64,000 bases of DNA from Macrostomum lignano (Eukaryota). The translations under genes were made by a program, and so were the position numbers. The notes beneath the pieces are model-generated. The model made no database searches. It was not told where the DNA came from and worked only from the letters and a program-made list of their open reading frames with translations. Positions 1 to 12,183 of this stretch are shown piece after piece; the stretch's first letter is position 1, and each line of letters begins with the position of its first letter. Where the stretch lies: the NCBI GenBank assembly GCA_002269645.1, contig NIVC01001866.1:1-64000 (forward strand), given 5' to 3'.

Positions 1-213
1 CGCACATCGACAAGGTTGTACTTTAACAAGCTCAGGGAGCTGCGCTCTGCACCATCCTGCTCAGGGCCGGCCTGAGTCTCGATCCAGCACCTTGCGCCGA
101 CTCTCCGCCACTGTGTTCGCCTGGCCTTCATCCCCTGCGTGGTGGAGAGCGCCGTGGGAGCCATCGCTGCCGCTACATCCTCGGCTTCCCCTGGGCCTGG
201 GGATTCATTCTGG
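1..213 (+). CDS. SLC9B: NHA/SLC9B-type Na+/H+ antiporter, internal exon (5' truncated by window; several 1-nt frameshifts)
   Basis: Reads ...TILLRAGLSLDPA / LRRLSATVF / LAFIPCVVESAVGAIAA / YILGFPWAWGFILG once single missing bases are restored, matching the ILxRAGLxLD and LPWxWGFILG segments of NHA1/NHA2. Donor CTGG|GTGAG at 214 is phase 1. Confidence 0.8.
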
Positions 214-664
214 GTGAGAGGGGATCTCAGTCTGGGTGAGAGAGAATCTTAGTCTGGGTCAGAGGGATCTCAGTCTGGGTGAGAGAGAATCTTAGTCTGG
301 GTGAGAGGGGATCTCAGTCTGGGTGAGAGAGAATCTTAGTCTGGGTAGCAGAGGGGATCTCAGTCTGGGTGAGAGAGAATCTTAGTCTGGGTGAGAGGGG
401 ATCTCAGTCTGGGTGAGAGAGAATCTTAGTCTGGGTGAGAGGGGATCTCAGTCTGGGTGAGAGAGAATCTTAGTCTGGGTGAGAGGGGATCTCAGTCTGG
501 GTGAGAGAGAAAGTCTGGGTGATCCAGTCTGGGTGAGAGAAGTCTGGGTGAGAGGGATCTCAGTCTGGGTGAGAGAGGATCTCAGTCTGGGTGAGAGAGG
601 ATCTCAGTCTGGGTGAGAGAGGATCTCAGTCTGGGTGACTGGGTGAGAGGGTATCTCAGTCTGG
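214..664. repeat. Minisatellite (~19-23 bp, core AGTCTGGGTGAGAG) filling NHA intron
   Basis: Roughly two dozen tandem copies of tcagtctgggtgagagggatc / tagtctgggtgagagagaatc, starting at the splice donor itself. Confidence 0.95.
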
Positions 665-705
665 GTGAAGGTGTGGAGGCAAGGATTTGCCCGCTTCATT
701 TCCAG

Positions 706-1091
706 GCTTCGTCCTCGGTGCGGTGTCGCCGGCCGTAGTGGTCCTGGGCATGCTGAAGCTGGAATACCGCGGCTACGGCGTCGAGAAAGGCATCCCCACC
801 CTCATCATTGCGGCCTCCTCCATGGACGACGTTCTGGCCATCACGGGTTTCAGCCTGGCACTGGGAATCGTCTCCAGCGATGGCAGCGGCGGGGGCGGCG
901 TTGCCAGCGCGATTTGCGTGGCCCACGCGACGCTGTAGTGGGAATTCTGTACGGCCTGGGCCTGGGTGCGCTGCTCTGGTACATCCCGCACCGAGGGCAC
1001 AAGCGGCCAGTCATGTTCCGCTTCATCTTCCTGGTTGGGGGCGGCGTCATCGCCCTGCTGGGCTGCGAGAAGGCGCACCTGCAGGGAGCCG
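706..1091 (+). CDS. SLC9B: NHA/SLC9B antiporter exon containing the catalytic DD motif (1-nt frameshift near 913)
   Basis: Acceptor ttcatttccag|G at 705/706. Encodes GFVLGAVSPAVVV...GYGVEKGIPTLIIAASSMDDVLAITGF (NHA signature), then after a frameshift LRGPRDAVVGILYGLGLGALLWYIP...HLQGA. Donor G|GTGAGT at 1092 is phase 1. Confidence 0.9.
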
Positions 1092-1102
1092 GTGAGTCAT
1101 CT

Positions 1103-1232
<130 letters not shown>

Positions 1233-1911
1233 CCCGGTGTTTCCTGGCTCTCAACCGCATGATCTGCTTGAACGGTCCAATCCAGAGCTCACTACCATTC
1301 GATTCCTTTCTTTGTACTTAAAGCAGCAATCACTGAAATTGCTGCTGCCGGGAGAAGTGAAACCTTGGAGCGGAAGCAGCGCTCTTGGCGGTTCTCAGGC
1401 AGACAGACCGATCATCTTGGTGATGTCTGTGTTTTAATGCTTGAAGATGCTTAGTAGAAGAGAGCGGCAGAATCGAAAGCAATTTTCTGGCGCAGGTGGG
1501 AATCGTTGCCAGGGGCTTCTGGTGGAAATCGGAGCCGCGGCTCGAATTCAGCAATAGGGGAGCAAAAATGGAAACATTTTTATCGATTCCCATCAGCAAA
1601 TTGGGTCGGAATGAAAATTTGAATATTCGGTGCAGCTCTTTATGCGCTGCTCAGGAATCCCCGGGCTGGCACGCCGAGCTCTGTGCTGGGATTGCTGAAT
1701 CTGGGAGCCTCAGCTGCTCGCGCTACTAATTGAAATTCAAGTGCCTCTGCTGGCCTGTCACCGGGCCAGCGACTCTCCAGCTTGCCAGTTCACGCGACCA
1801 GAGTTATTTTAAACATAATTAGGCCGGCTTCGATTTCTGCTACTGCCGCTGCCCCTGGTTTCCCAGCCCTTCTAGTAGACTGCATTGGTTATGCCGGTGT
1901 AGACGGGAGAA

Positions 1912-2099
<188 letters not shown>

Positions 2100-2564
2100 G
2101 AGAGCAGGCAAGCTAAAAGCTTATAGCAAGAGAGGCAGCTAGAACAGCAGGGAGGGACAGAGCAGAGAGAGCACCCGTGCATTCCTAAAGAGGGATCACG
2201 CAGATGGCAAAGTGACCAAAGCTACCGGGAGGCAGAAGTTGTAGGAAAAGCAGCTGCCATCTGACTCTGACCATCGTGCAGGTCCCCGTGTCGAATTCTC
2301 GAGTGCGCTTTTGACGGCCGGTGCGAGATGTGGAATAGAAAAGATTTGAGGATGGAATAGAAAAGACAGTAATGAAAGGAGATTAAATATCTGACATTCA
2401 CCAATGTACGTCAAACATCTCACATTCAGAATCTTACATTCAAAGTTTTGTATCCAAATTCTGACATGAAGAATATCATTAAACATATGCCTAGCAGCCT
2501 ACCAGTATATGTCTGACGTTAAATATCAGGTACTAAGATTCGAAATTAGTTATCGGACATTAGA

Positions 2565-4810
2565 TATCAGTCATTATATTTTTGATATTAGATATCGGAT
2601 ATTAGATATCAGTCATTATATTTCGGACATTACATATCGGACATTATATTTCGGACATTAGATATCGGACATTAGATATCGGACATTAGATATCGGTCAT
2701 TGGATATCGGACATTGGATATCGGACATTACATATCGGACATTACATATCGGACATTATATTTCGGACATTAGATATCGGACATTAGATATTGGACATTA
2801 GATATCGGACATTCGATATCGGACATTGGATATCGGACATTAGATATCGGTCATTGGATATCGGACATTGGATATCGGACATTACATATCGGACATTATA
2901 TTTCGGACATTAGATATCGGACATTAGATATCGGACATTAGATATTGGACATTAGATATCGGACATTCGATATCGGACATTGGATATCGGACATTATATA
3001 TCGAGCAGTAGAGTTCGCACATTAGATTTCGGGCAGTAGAGTTCGGACATTAGATATTGGACATTGGATATCGGACATTGGATATCGGACATTGGATATC
3101 GGACATTAGATATCGGACATTAGATATCGGACATTCGATATCGGACATTCGTTATCGGACATTAGATATCGGACATTGGATATCGGACATTAGATATCGG
3201 ACATTAGATATCGGTCATTGGATATCGGACATTGGATATCGGACATTACATATCGGACATTATATTTCGGACATTAGATATCGGACATTAGATATCGGAC
3301 ATTAGATATTGGACATTAGATATCGGACATTCGATATCGGACATTGGATATCGGACATTAGATATCGGGCATTAGATATCGGACATTAGATATCGGACAT
3401 TGGATATCGGACATTAGATATCGGACATTAGATATCGGACATTCGATATCGGACATTCGATATCGGACATTAGATATCGGACATTAGATATCGGACATTC
3501 GATATCGGACATTCGATATCGGACATTAGATATCGGACATTAGATATCGGGCAGTAGAGTTCGGACATTGGATATCGGACATTAGATATCGGGCATTAGA
3601 TATCGGACATTAGATATCGGACATTGGATATCGGACATTAGATATCGGACATTAGATATCGGACATTCGATATCGGACATTCGATATCGGACATTAGATA
3701 TCGGACATTAGATATCGGGCAGTAGAGTTCGGACATTGGATATCGGACATTAGATATCGGGCATTAGATATCGGACATTCGATATCGGACATTGGATATC
3801 GGACATTAGATATCGGACATTAGATATCGGACATTCGATATCGGACATTCGATATCGGACATTCGATATCGGACATTAGATATCGGACATTAGATATCGG
3901 GCAGTAGAGTTCGGACATTGGATATCGGACATTAGATATCGGGCATTAGATATCGGACATTAGATATCGGACATTGGATATCGGACATTAGATATCGGAC
4001 ATTAGATATCGGACATTCGATATCGGACATTCGATATCGGACATTAGATATCGGACATTAGATATCGGGCAGTAGAGTTCGGACATTGGATATCGGACAT
4101 TAGATATCGGGCATTAGATATCGGACATTCGATATCGGACATTGGATATCGGACATTAGATATCGGACATTAGATATCGGACATTCGATATCGGACATTC
4201 GATATCGGACATTCGATATCGGACATTAGATATCGGACATTAGATATCGGACATTCGATATCGGACATTCGATATCGGACATTAGATATCGGACATTAGA
4301 TATCGGGCAGTAGAGTTCGGACATTAGATATCGGGCAGTAGAGTTCGGACATTAGATATCGAGCAGTAGAGTTCGGACATTAGATTTCGGGCAGTAGAGT
4401 TCGGACATTGGATATCGGACATTAGATTTCGAGCAGTAGATTTCGGGCAGTAGAGTTCGGACATTAGATTTCGAGCAGTTGAGTTCGGACATTAGATTTC
4501 GGCAGTAGAGTTCGGACATTGATATCGGACATTAGATTTCGAGCAGTAGATTTCGGGCAGTAGAGTTCGGACATTAGATTTCGAGCAGTTGAGTTCGGAC
4601 ATTAGATTTCGAGCAGTTGAGTTCGGACATTAGATTTCGAGCAGTAGATTTCGGACATTAGATTTCGGGCAGTAGAGTTCGGACATTGGATATCGGACAT
4701 TAGATTTCGAGCAGTAGATTTCGGGCAGTAGAGTTCGGACAATAGATTTCGAGCAGTAGAGTTCGGACATTATATTTCGGACATTAGATATCGGACATTA
4801 GATTTCGGGC
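2565..4810. repeat. 14-bp minisatellite (ATTAGATATCGGAC)n with GCAGTAGAGTTCGGAC variants toward the 3' end
   Basis: About 2.2 kb of tandem 14-mers, direct read. Confidence 0.97.
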
Positions 4811-5533
4811 ATTTTACGCACAGTGGATATCTGGCAACATATTTCAGACATTAAATATCGGATATTCCCAACGTACTCGGCATTTTCATGTCCCCAATGG
4901 GTCAAGGACTTTATTCGATCGCCCTAGCCGAGCCGCAAAGTTGATTTTATTTATTCCATAGAGTTTGCATGCGTCGCCATTTTCCCCAGGCGGCACAGAA
5001 AATGACAGGCCAGGCCTCACTGAGCCGCCGCCCCCGCTTCCAGGCAGGATGTGAGCAAAGCGACGGGCCGCCTACTCATAGCCAATGAGTTTCAGATCCG
5101 GGAACTTCTGTGTGCGAGCAGAGGCAGAGAGAAAGAAGTTGAATGAAGCAAGGAAGCTGGGGAGACTCTGCGGCTTCTTCTCAGCATCCGGGATGCGCTC
5201 GGATGGGGCTGGATTTCTAATTAACTGTGCCGCAGCCCTTCATCCGCAGTCTCCAGTTCTGGGAGAAATCCGCTCCCGCTGCTACCCGTTCTGATCCCCT
5301 TGCTAGCCTTTGGCATGGCTCGGCTCCCCATCCCGCTGTTTCTCGCTTTTGTATTTCCGCGAGGCCCTCGAGTTGCTGGGATTTGCAGCAACCCATGGCA
5401 GCGGGCAGACAGGGGGCTGCGATGCTACAGTTATATGGAAGGGACTCGTTTTACTGCATAGAACTGGTGCTTTACATAATAACTATATTCGCCGCAGGGT
5501 TGTTAGACTCCTGGCGCAGCGCCTTTGGCGACA

Positions 5534-5720
5534 TTGTCCCGCGCAGCCAGCGCTGAGGCAATTCTGCCCATCCCGCAGACTCCTGAGCACACAAGCGCAC
5601 CAGTACTGTACGCAGGCACGCACTCATGCACACGCTCACACAGGGTGTACAGCGGCCCTGACTGTCCAATCGTCAGGCATGTACACTCGCTGTGCCTTGG
5701 GGGCTGGCCCTCACAGCTGC
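5534..5720 (+). mobile_element. Dispersed repeat copy 1 (unclassified; also at ~38196-38290 and ~57555-57692)
   Basis: Shared sequence gcgctgaggcaatt...ctcctgagcacacaagcgcacc...cacacgctcacacagggtgtacagcggccctgact occurs at three places in the window. Confidence 0.7.
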
Positions 5721-5756
5721 CGGTTTATTGAACAGAAAAGGTGTCTATTGTTTATT

Positions 5757-5915
5757 ATTGGATAGAAGAGGTGTTTATTTGATAGAAGTGGTGTTTATTT
5801 GATAGAAGTGGTGTTTATTGGATAGAAGTGGTGTTTATTGGATAGAAGTGGTGTTTATTGGATAGAAGTGGTGTTTATTGGATAGAAGTGGTGTTTATTG
5901 GATAGAAGAGGTGTA
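5757..5915. repeat. 20-bp minisatellite (GATAGAAGTGGTGTTTATTG)n
   Basis: About 8 copies, direct read. Confidence 0.95.
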
Positions 5916-5990
5916 GTGCTAAATAGTGCTAAAAAACAGGAACACATCCTATCCTGCTAATACTACACACCGTTCCGTCACCGTCCGCAG

Positions 5991-6976
5991 GCGCACTCGG
6001 AGTGCTCACCCTGGCCTTCGTGGCTGGCTACGGCTGGCGCCGCTGGGACGGCTGGGCGGAGGAGGACAACCCGATGCTGGAGCCGCTGGACACTATGTGG
6101 TGGTTCATGCAGCCGATGCTGTTCGGCCTGATCGGCGGCCAGATTGACTTCCAGAAGATTCAGCCGCCAGCCCTGGCGAAGGGTCTCGCCGTGGTTGGCA
6201 TCGGCCTGGTGTTCCGCATGCTGGCCAGCTTCCTGTGCATGCTGGGCACCGAGCTGAGCTTCCGCGAGCGCCTGTTCGTGCCGTTCTCCTGGCTGCCCAA
6301 GGCCACGGTGCAGGCGGCGATCGGGCCGGTGGCGCTGGACATGGCGCTGTCTCAGGAGCCTCGGGACGACCGGGCTGTGGACATGGGCCGCCAGGTTCTC
6401 ACCATAGCGGCCATCGTCATCATGCTGACGGCTCCAGTTGGCGCTTTCCTCATCTCGCTGCTCGGGCCGCGGCTGCTCGAGCGCGACAAGAACTGGGAGC
6501 TGCACCACTTCGACCTGGCCAGCCAGGGCAACTGCCACGGTGCGTCGTCGCTGCACCAGCACAGCAGCCAGCCGAGGCCGCGGTCTCAAGCAGTCGACCT
6601 TGAAGCGATGCGACGAGATGCTGTCGAACTCGGCGACGACAACGAAGCAGCGGAGGAGGATGATGTGGCCGCGGCAGCCGCTGCGGTGGCGGCCGAGCGT
6701 GCCAAGCTGGAGGAGGCCGAGTCAGAGGCCAACCTTGATGTCTGGCAGCGCAACGGGCCCAACGGATCAACCTGCTTGACAGCCACGCAGTGCACCAACA
6801 CCGACACCTGCGAGCAGCTGCGGCACCAGAGCCAGGCCACCGTGGCCAGCAGCGGCGCCAGCCTCAGCGAGAACGCTACAGCCGCTGCACCACCCCAGCC
6901 TCCTCATCCGCATCCGTCTTGGCTGCCGGCAACGTCCACCGCGCGCGTTGCAACCGGGCGTCGGACCTCCTTCTGA
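5991..6976 (+). CDS. SLC9B: NHA/SLC9B antiporter terminal exon
   Basis: Acceptor ccgtccgcag| at 5990 is phase-compatible (GAGALGVLTLAFVAGYGW). Contains QPMLFGLIG and SWLPKATVQAAIGPVALD, conserved in NHA2. Stop at 6974-6976. Confidence 0.92.
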
Positions 6977-7825
6977 ATCAGCGGCGCTCGCTCCCTGATC
7001 GTAGCGTGCAGCTACGCGGTCTGCCCATAGGAAACAGCAAAGCAAATTTTATCAGAAAATGAAAATGTTCAGTTATGAAGCTCGGCACACGGAGTGGCAG
7101 TATAGTGTCCTTAACTACAATAAAAGACCATTGCCCATCTAATGGTCAAGTAACATTCGTATAATTCAAAGATTATACTGTATATCAAAACAACAGACAG
7201 ATAGACAGACTTCATCAAGGATTTTCCTTTGCACAATGCGTTATTGAGATAGGAGTTTTTTAGCTCCTATTTTCAGAACTGCTCATAAATTGACACTGTG
7301 TCCCTTCTGAACTTCCCAATTGCAAATGAAGCAAGTTTGTTTGGAAAAGGTTTGAAAAAAGTATTATTATCGGAGATCGGCAAAGGTCAACGTACGAGCG
7401 TACATGCCACACTTGGGTTTTCTAAATGGATTTAGCAGAGATTTAGCTGTTTTGCACAGCGCTGAATGGGGTTTGGCCATAGACAAATCCTGCTTGCCGA
7501 TGTCTGCTGGCATTCCATGAAAATATAGATTGATAGAATTTAATGGCTTGAAAAACTGAAAACTTCCTATCTCGCCATTGTCCATGATCAAGATCTTTGG
7601 CCTGATATTTTGGAAGTAATTTTAACACGATGAAAAAGTTTTGCGAATGGAAGCTATGATTATGGTTTTATAAGTAATCGGTCGGCATCCTACGATACAG
7701 GAATCCGTGACAATTTTGTCAAGTCTGCCTCACAAAAATATCTTCTAAGCTTTTTCACACAAGGTCATTGCCATGGATACCCCGTGTAGAGTCCACGTTA
7801 CCAAGGTCTTTATTCATTGTAAAGG

Positions 7826-8153
7826 TAATAATAATAATAATATTACTAATAATAATAATTGATTACACCTACCCTAATGGCCAGATGTGCAACCGACAGC
7901 TCAGCCGCAGCTATTGCGCGGCGCATCTGAAGGTTGCGCTGCGTAGGCTGTTCAGTCCAAGGACTGGGGGGTCGCCACACACACCCTCAATTACCCCAGC
8001 TAATCCTGGCACCCATTTTACAGCTGGGTGAACTGAAGCAATGCAGAGTTAAGTGTCTTGCTCAAGGACACAAATTGTTCCGATTGGGTCGAGAATCGAA
8101 CCCCCGACCTTTCAGTCGTGCGTCCGACGCTCTGACCACTAGGCTAAAACCCC
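7826..8153 (-). mobile_element. tRNA-derived SINE with CORE-like domain and (ATT)n tail
   Basis: Minus strand has A box TAGCCTAGTGG, B box GGTTCGATTC, then TGTGTCCTTGAGCAAGACACTTAACTCT...CAGTTCACCCAGCTGTAAAATGGG (resembles the MIR/CORE domain), ending in ATT repeats at ~7826-7860. Confidence 0.8.
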
Positions 8154-9430
8154 TCAGGTGAAAGCCATAAAAATAGCTACGAAAAATTGAAAGAAAACTG
8201 TGTGGTTCCATGTGAATCATGGTTGTGAAAGTAGTTCTTTTTCGCCGTGTTCTTTTGAATGAAATGCATTCACCTCCCAACCACTTCTGAACTGCTTTCG
8301 TGCTTCTTTTGCCCGAAAGATCCAATTTTTTTGTTTTCAGTTGCCATAAATTATTTTCTGCAAACCAATTCAACTAATTTTATCAGTTTTCATAAATTCT
8401 TTTCTCACACTGCAGAGAGTCACGCACCAGTTACGAGCCTGAACTCATTCGAAATTAAACAATTTTGATTTACAATTCAATTCTTGAAATTGCAATACAA
8501 GGACGTAAAGATGGATTCATTGTGTCTTTTATGTGGTGCAGGGGATTCTCAGTATTCTGCCAAAGAAACACAAGCAGAACGGATTGCTAATCTACTCAAC
8601 ACATTATATTGATTAAAGGACAGAATGAATTGCTAATCTACTCCACGGACTAACTTGATTAAAGTAAAGAATGGATTGCTAATCTACTCCACGGATTAAC
8701 TTAATTAAGGGATAGAGTGGATTGCTAATCTAGTCTAGAATAAAAATTAATGGAATGGACAAAATGGAGTCTTTAAATAAAAAATCTTACAAACTACAAA
8801 GTTTGCATTTGCAAAGGGATAAAACTTTGGCTGTAATTATTTAGCACAGGAGCTTTCAAAAAAAGCTTGTACAGCACTTCTTGTCTATTATGATGGTCAG
8901 AGGTTAATAATGGAAAAATAAAACTTGAGAATAATTTGTCCAAAAACTGATGTTAAAAACTGCAAAGACCGATAAAAACACAAGCACAGAGATTCGGCAG
9001 GAAGTCAGTCTGAAAAATGGAAGTTAAAAAGTTTCATTTCAAACAAATTGTGAACTGGGAGAGCAGTTATCGCAGTCGAGTAAACAACAGGAATAAAATG
9101 GAAGAATGACATTCGTTATGCTCATAAAATACTTCAAAAATATTAACAACAAAAACAATAAATTTCATTGATAAAACAAGAAAAGGCTTTGGTTTGTTCC
9201 TGACAAAAATTAGTTAAATAACAATAATATTTTTGTTAAACACTGCAGTTATCAAATATTCATTCAGCAAGAGCTCATTCATGAGTATGAATATATATCT
9301 TAGAAAGCGTGCAGAAGTTTTAAAGCAAAATTGAAATGAAAATTGAAGATTTATAGATGTAAAATAAATTTGTTTGACAATGGCGCTTCAACTTTAATGA
9401 CAATTGTTTGAAAACTCGAATTTCGCTGTT

Positions 9431-10564
9431 TTGACCAAACACATTGTGGCCTGACCAAACACATTGTGGCCTGACCAAACACATTGTGGCCTGACCAAAC
9501 ACATTGTGGCCTGACCAAACACATTGTGGCCTGACCAAACACATTGTGGCCTGACCAAACACATTGTGGCCTGACCAAACACATTGTGGCCTGACCAAAC
9601 ACATTGTGGCCTCACCAAACACATTGTGGCCTGACCAAACACATTGTGGCCTGACCAAACACATTATGGCCTGACCAAACACATTGTGGCCTGACCAAAC
9701 ACATTGTGGCCTGACCAAACACATTGTGGCCTGACCAAACACATTGTGGCCTGACCAAACACATTGTGGCCTGACCAAACACATTGTGGCCTGACCAAAC
9801 ACATTGTGGCCTGACCAAACACATTGTGGCCTCACCAAACACATTGTGGCCTGACCAAACACATTGTGGCCTGACCAAACACATTATGGCCTGACCAAAC
9901 ACATTGTGGCCTGACGAAACACATTATGGCCTGACCAAACACATTATGGCATGACCAAACACATTGTGGCCTGACAAAACACATTGTGGCCTGACAAAAC
10001 ACATTGTGGCCTGACCAAACACATTATGGCCTGACCAAACACATTGTGGCCTGACCAAACACATTGTGGCCTGACCAAACACATTGTGGCCTGACCAAAC
10101 ACATTATGGCCTGACCAAACACATTGTGGCCTCACCAAACACATTATGGCCTGACTAAACACATTATGGCCTGACCAAACACATTGTGGCCTGACCAAAC
10201 ACATTATGGCCTGACCAAACACATTGTGGCCTCACCAAACACATTATGGCCTGACTAAACACATTATGGCCTGACCAAACACATTGTGGCCTGACCAAAC
10301 ACATTGTGGCCTCACCAAACACATTATGGCCTGACTAAACACATTATGGCCTGACCAAACACATTGTGGCCTGACCAAACACATTATGGCCTGACCAAAC
10401 ACATTGTGGCATCACCAAACACATTATGGCCTGACTAAACACATTATGGCCTGACCAAACACATTGTGGCCTGACCAAACACACTATGGCCTGACCAAAC
10501 ACATTATGGCCTGACCAAACACATTATGGCCTGACCAAACACATTATGGCCTGACCAAACACAT
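9431..10564. repeat. 20-bp minisatellite (CTGACCAAACACATTGTGGC)n
   Basis: About 56 near-identical copies. Confidence 0.98.
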
Positions 10565-10739
10565 CTAGGAAGTAGCTGATAGATAAGATAAGTAAATGGT
10601 CAAGTTAATTAATGCTGAGGACAAGCAAAATTGAGCCTTCAAAGAAACTGCCATAGCTATGAAGTGCTTACATACTCTTGCTCACTACAAGCAGTCCCAG
10701 AGCAAATCTCAGTGCCCCACCAGCCTCAACCAGTATTTT

Positions 10740-11128
10740 TCAGATGTCCCTCTTAAAGCCCTTCAAGTCAACGTCGGTGCTCATCAGGCGCTCCAAGTCG
10801 TCCAGGGCCGCCTCCTGGCGCGACTTCACGTCGCTGTCGCTGCCGCCGCCGCCGCCGCCTCCGCCGTCTACAGCGTCTACGCCCTCGAGTCTCGCGGCTT
10901 TGGAGCCGGCGGCTTTGGAGCCGGCGGCTTCACCGGCTGAGCGACAGGGGATTTCTGGCGCGGCGGCCGACTTGGCGGCTGCTGCGCCTGCGGCGGCTGT
11001 TGCGGCGGAGGAGGCCGACTTGGCGGCTGCTGCGTGTGCGGCGGCTGTTGCGGCGGAGGAGGCCGACTTGGTTGGCTTGGCTGCTGGCTGGGCGCCGGCT
11101 GTGTGGGCTGGTACTGCCCAAAGCCCAT
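10740..11128 (-). CDS. Gln/Pro-rich orphan protein, exon 2 (probable 1-nt frameshift near 10893)
   Basis: Acceptor tcaacacag|ATGGGC at 11129/11128 is phase 0, giving MGFGQYQPTQPAPSQQP...KPPAPKP. Restoring one C in aagccg(c)cgaga continues into RLEGVDAVDGGGG...EAALDDLERLMSTDVDLKGFKRDI*. Confidence 0.6.
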
Positions 11129-11267
11129 CTGTGTTGACGGGCAGTTGAGAGAGAAAATCAATTTTTTGGCTTGTCAAGGTTAATAACACCTAAGGTAGTT
11201 TTGCAGCTTGCCTATCGCGCAGTGTTCTGCTTCCACCCTTTTCCCGATCTTCTAAAACTTTCTCGTT

Positions 11268-11733
11268 CCTTCAGCGATCTGCCACTCCCTTCCAGTGGCT
11301 TCAGCGATCTGCCACTCCCTTCCAGTGGCTTCAGCGATCTGCCACTCCCTTCCAGTGGCTTCACGATCTGCCACTCCCTTCCAGTGGCTTCAGCGATCTG
11401 CCACTCCCCTCCAGTGGCTTCAGCGATCTGCCACTCCCTTCCAGTGGCTTCAGCGATCTGCCACTCCCTTCCAGTGGCTTCACGATCTGCCACTCCCTTC
11501 CAGTGGCTTCAGCGATCTGCCACTCCCCTCCAGTGGCTTCAGCGATCTGCCATTCCCTTCCAGTGGCTTCAGCGATCTGCCACTCCCTTCCAGTGGCTTC
11601 AGCGATCTGCCATTCCCTTCCAGTGGCTTCAGCAATCTGCCATTCCCTTCCAGTGGCTTCAGCGATCTGCCATTCCCTTCCAGTGGCTTCAGCGATCTGC
11701 CACTCACTTCCAGTGGCTTCAGCGATCTGCCAC
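11268..11733. repeat. 30-bp minisatellite (CTTCAGCGATCTGCCACTCCCTTCCAGTGG)n in intron
   Basis: About 15 copies, two with a 2-nt deletion. Confidence 0.97.
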
Positions 11734-11826
11734 CTGACATCAATTACCTCAACCCTCTATTATATATTATTTGAACTTAGTCTAGTTCCTAAATACTTCT
11801 GAATTAGATTTCAGACCAGACATTAC

Positions 11827-12183
11827 CGGAGGCTGCAGCTGCTCATAGCTCTGCTGATAGTAGTATGAACTGCCCTGGGCTGGGTAGCCTTGTTGCATGC
11901 CGTAGCCAAAGCCGTAGCCGCCGCCGACCCCGGTGTACGCCGCTGTGGGCGCGAGGCCGTACATTGGCGGCATGGACTGCTGCTGGTTGACTGTGGCGTC
12001 AATCTGAGGCTGGTTCTGCTGCATGAATTGCTGCTGCTGCTGCTGATATTGCTGCTGCTGGAATTGCTGCTGTTCGGGGGAAAGAGCAGTATAGCCGCCC
12101 ATCGGATTAGGCGCTGGGTTGCCCTGGAGAGCGAAACCGTAGGGTGGAGGCGGCGGCTGCTGCTGCTGATTAGGGTGGCTCAT
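11827..12183 (-). CDS. Gln/Pro/Gly/Tyr-rich orphan protein, exon 1
   Basis: ATG in AAAAATG context at 12183. GC-rich coding-like composition against AT-rich flanks (MSHPNQQQQPPPPPYG...QLQPP). Donor CCG|GTAATG is phase 0. Confidence 0.7.

Noticed and set aside
5630-5690. Hammerhead ribozyme (CTGACGA...GAAA on the minus strand, clearest in the 38221-38265 copy)
   Set aside because: No stem III/NUH arrangement or stem I pairing can be built, GAAA is missing in the 5630 copy, and the motif is explained by a simple hairpin.
10740-11189. ORF 10740-11189 (Ala-rich frame) as the true exon 2 over its whole length
   Set aside because: The phase-0 donor of exon 1 selects the Pro/Gln frame at the 11128 acceptor. 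Only the last ~50 codons of this ORF are probably coding.
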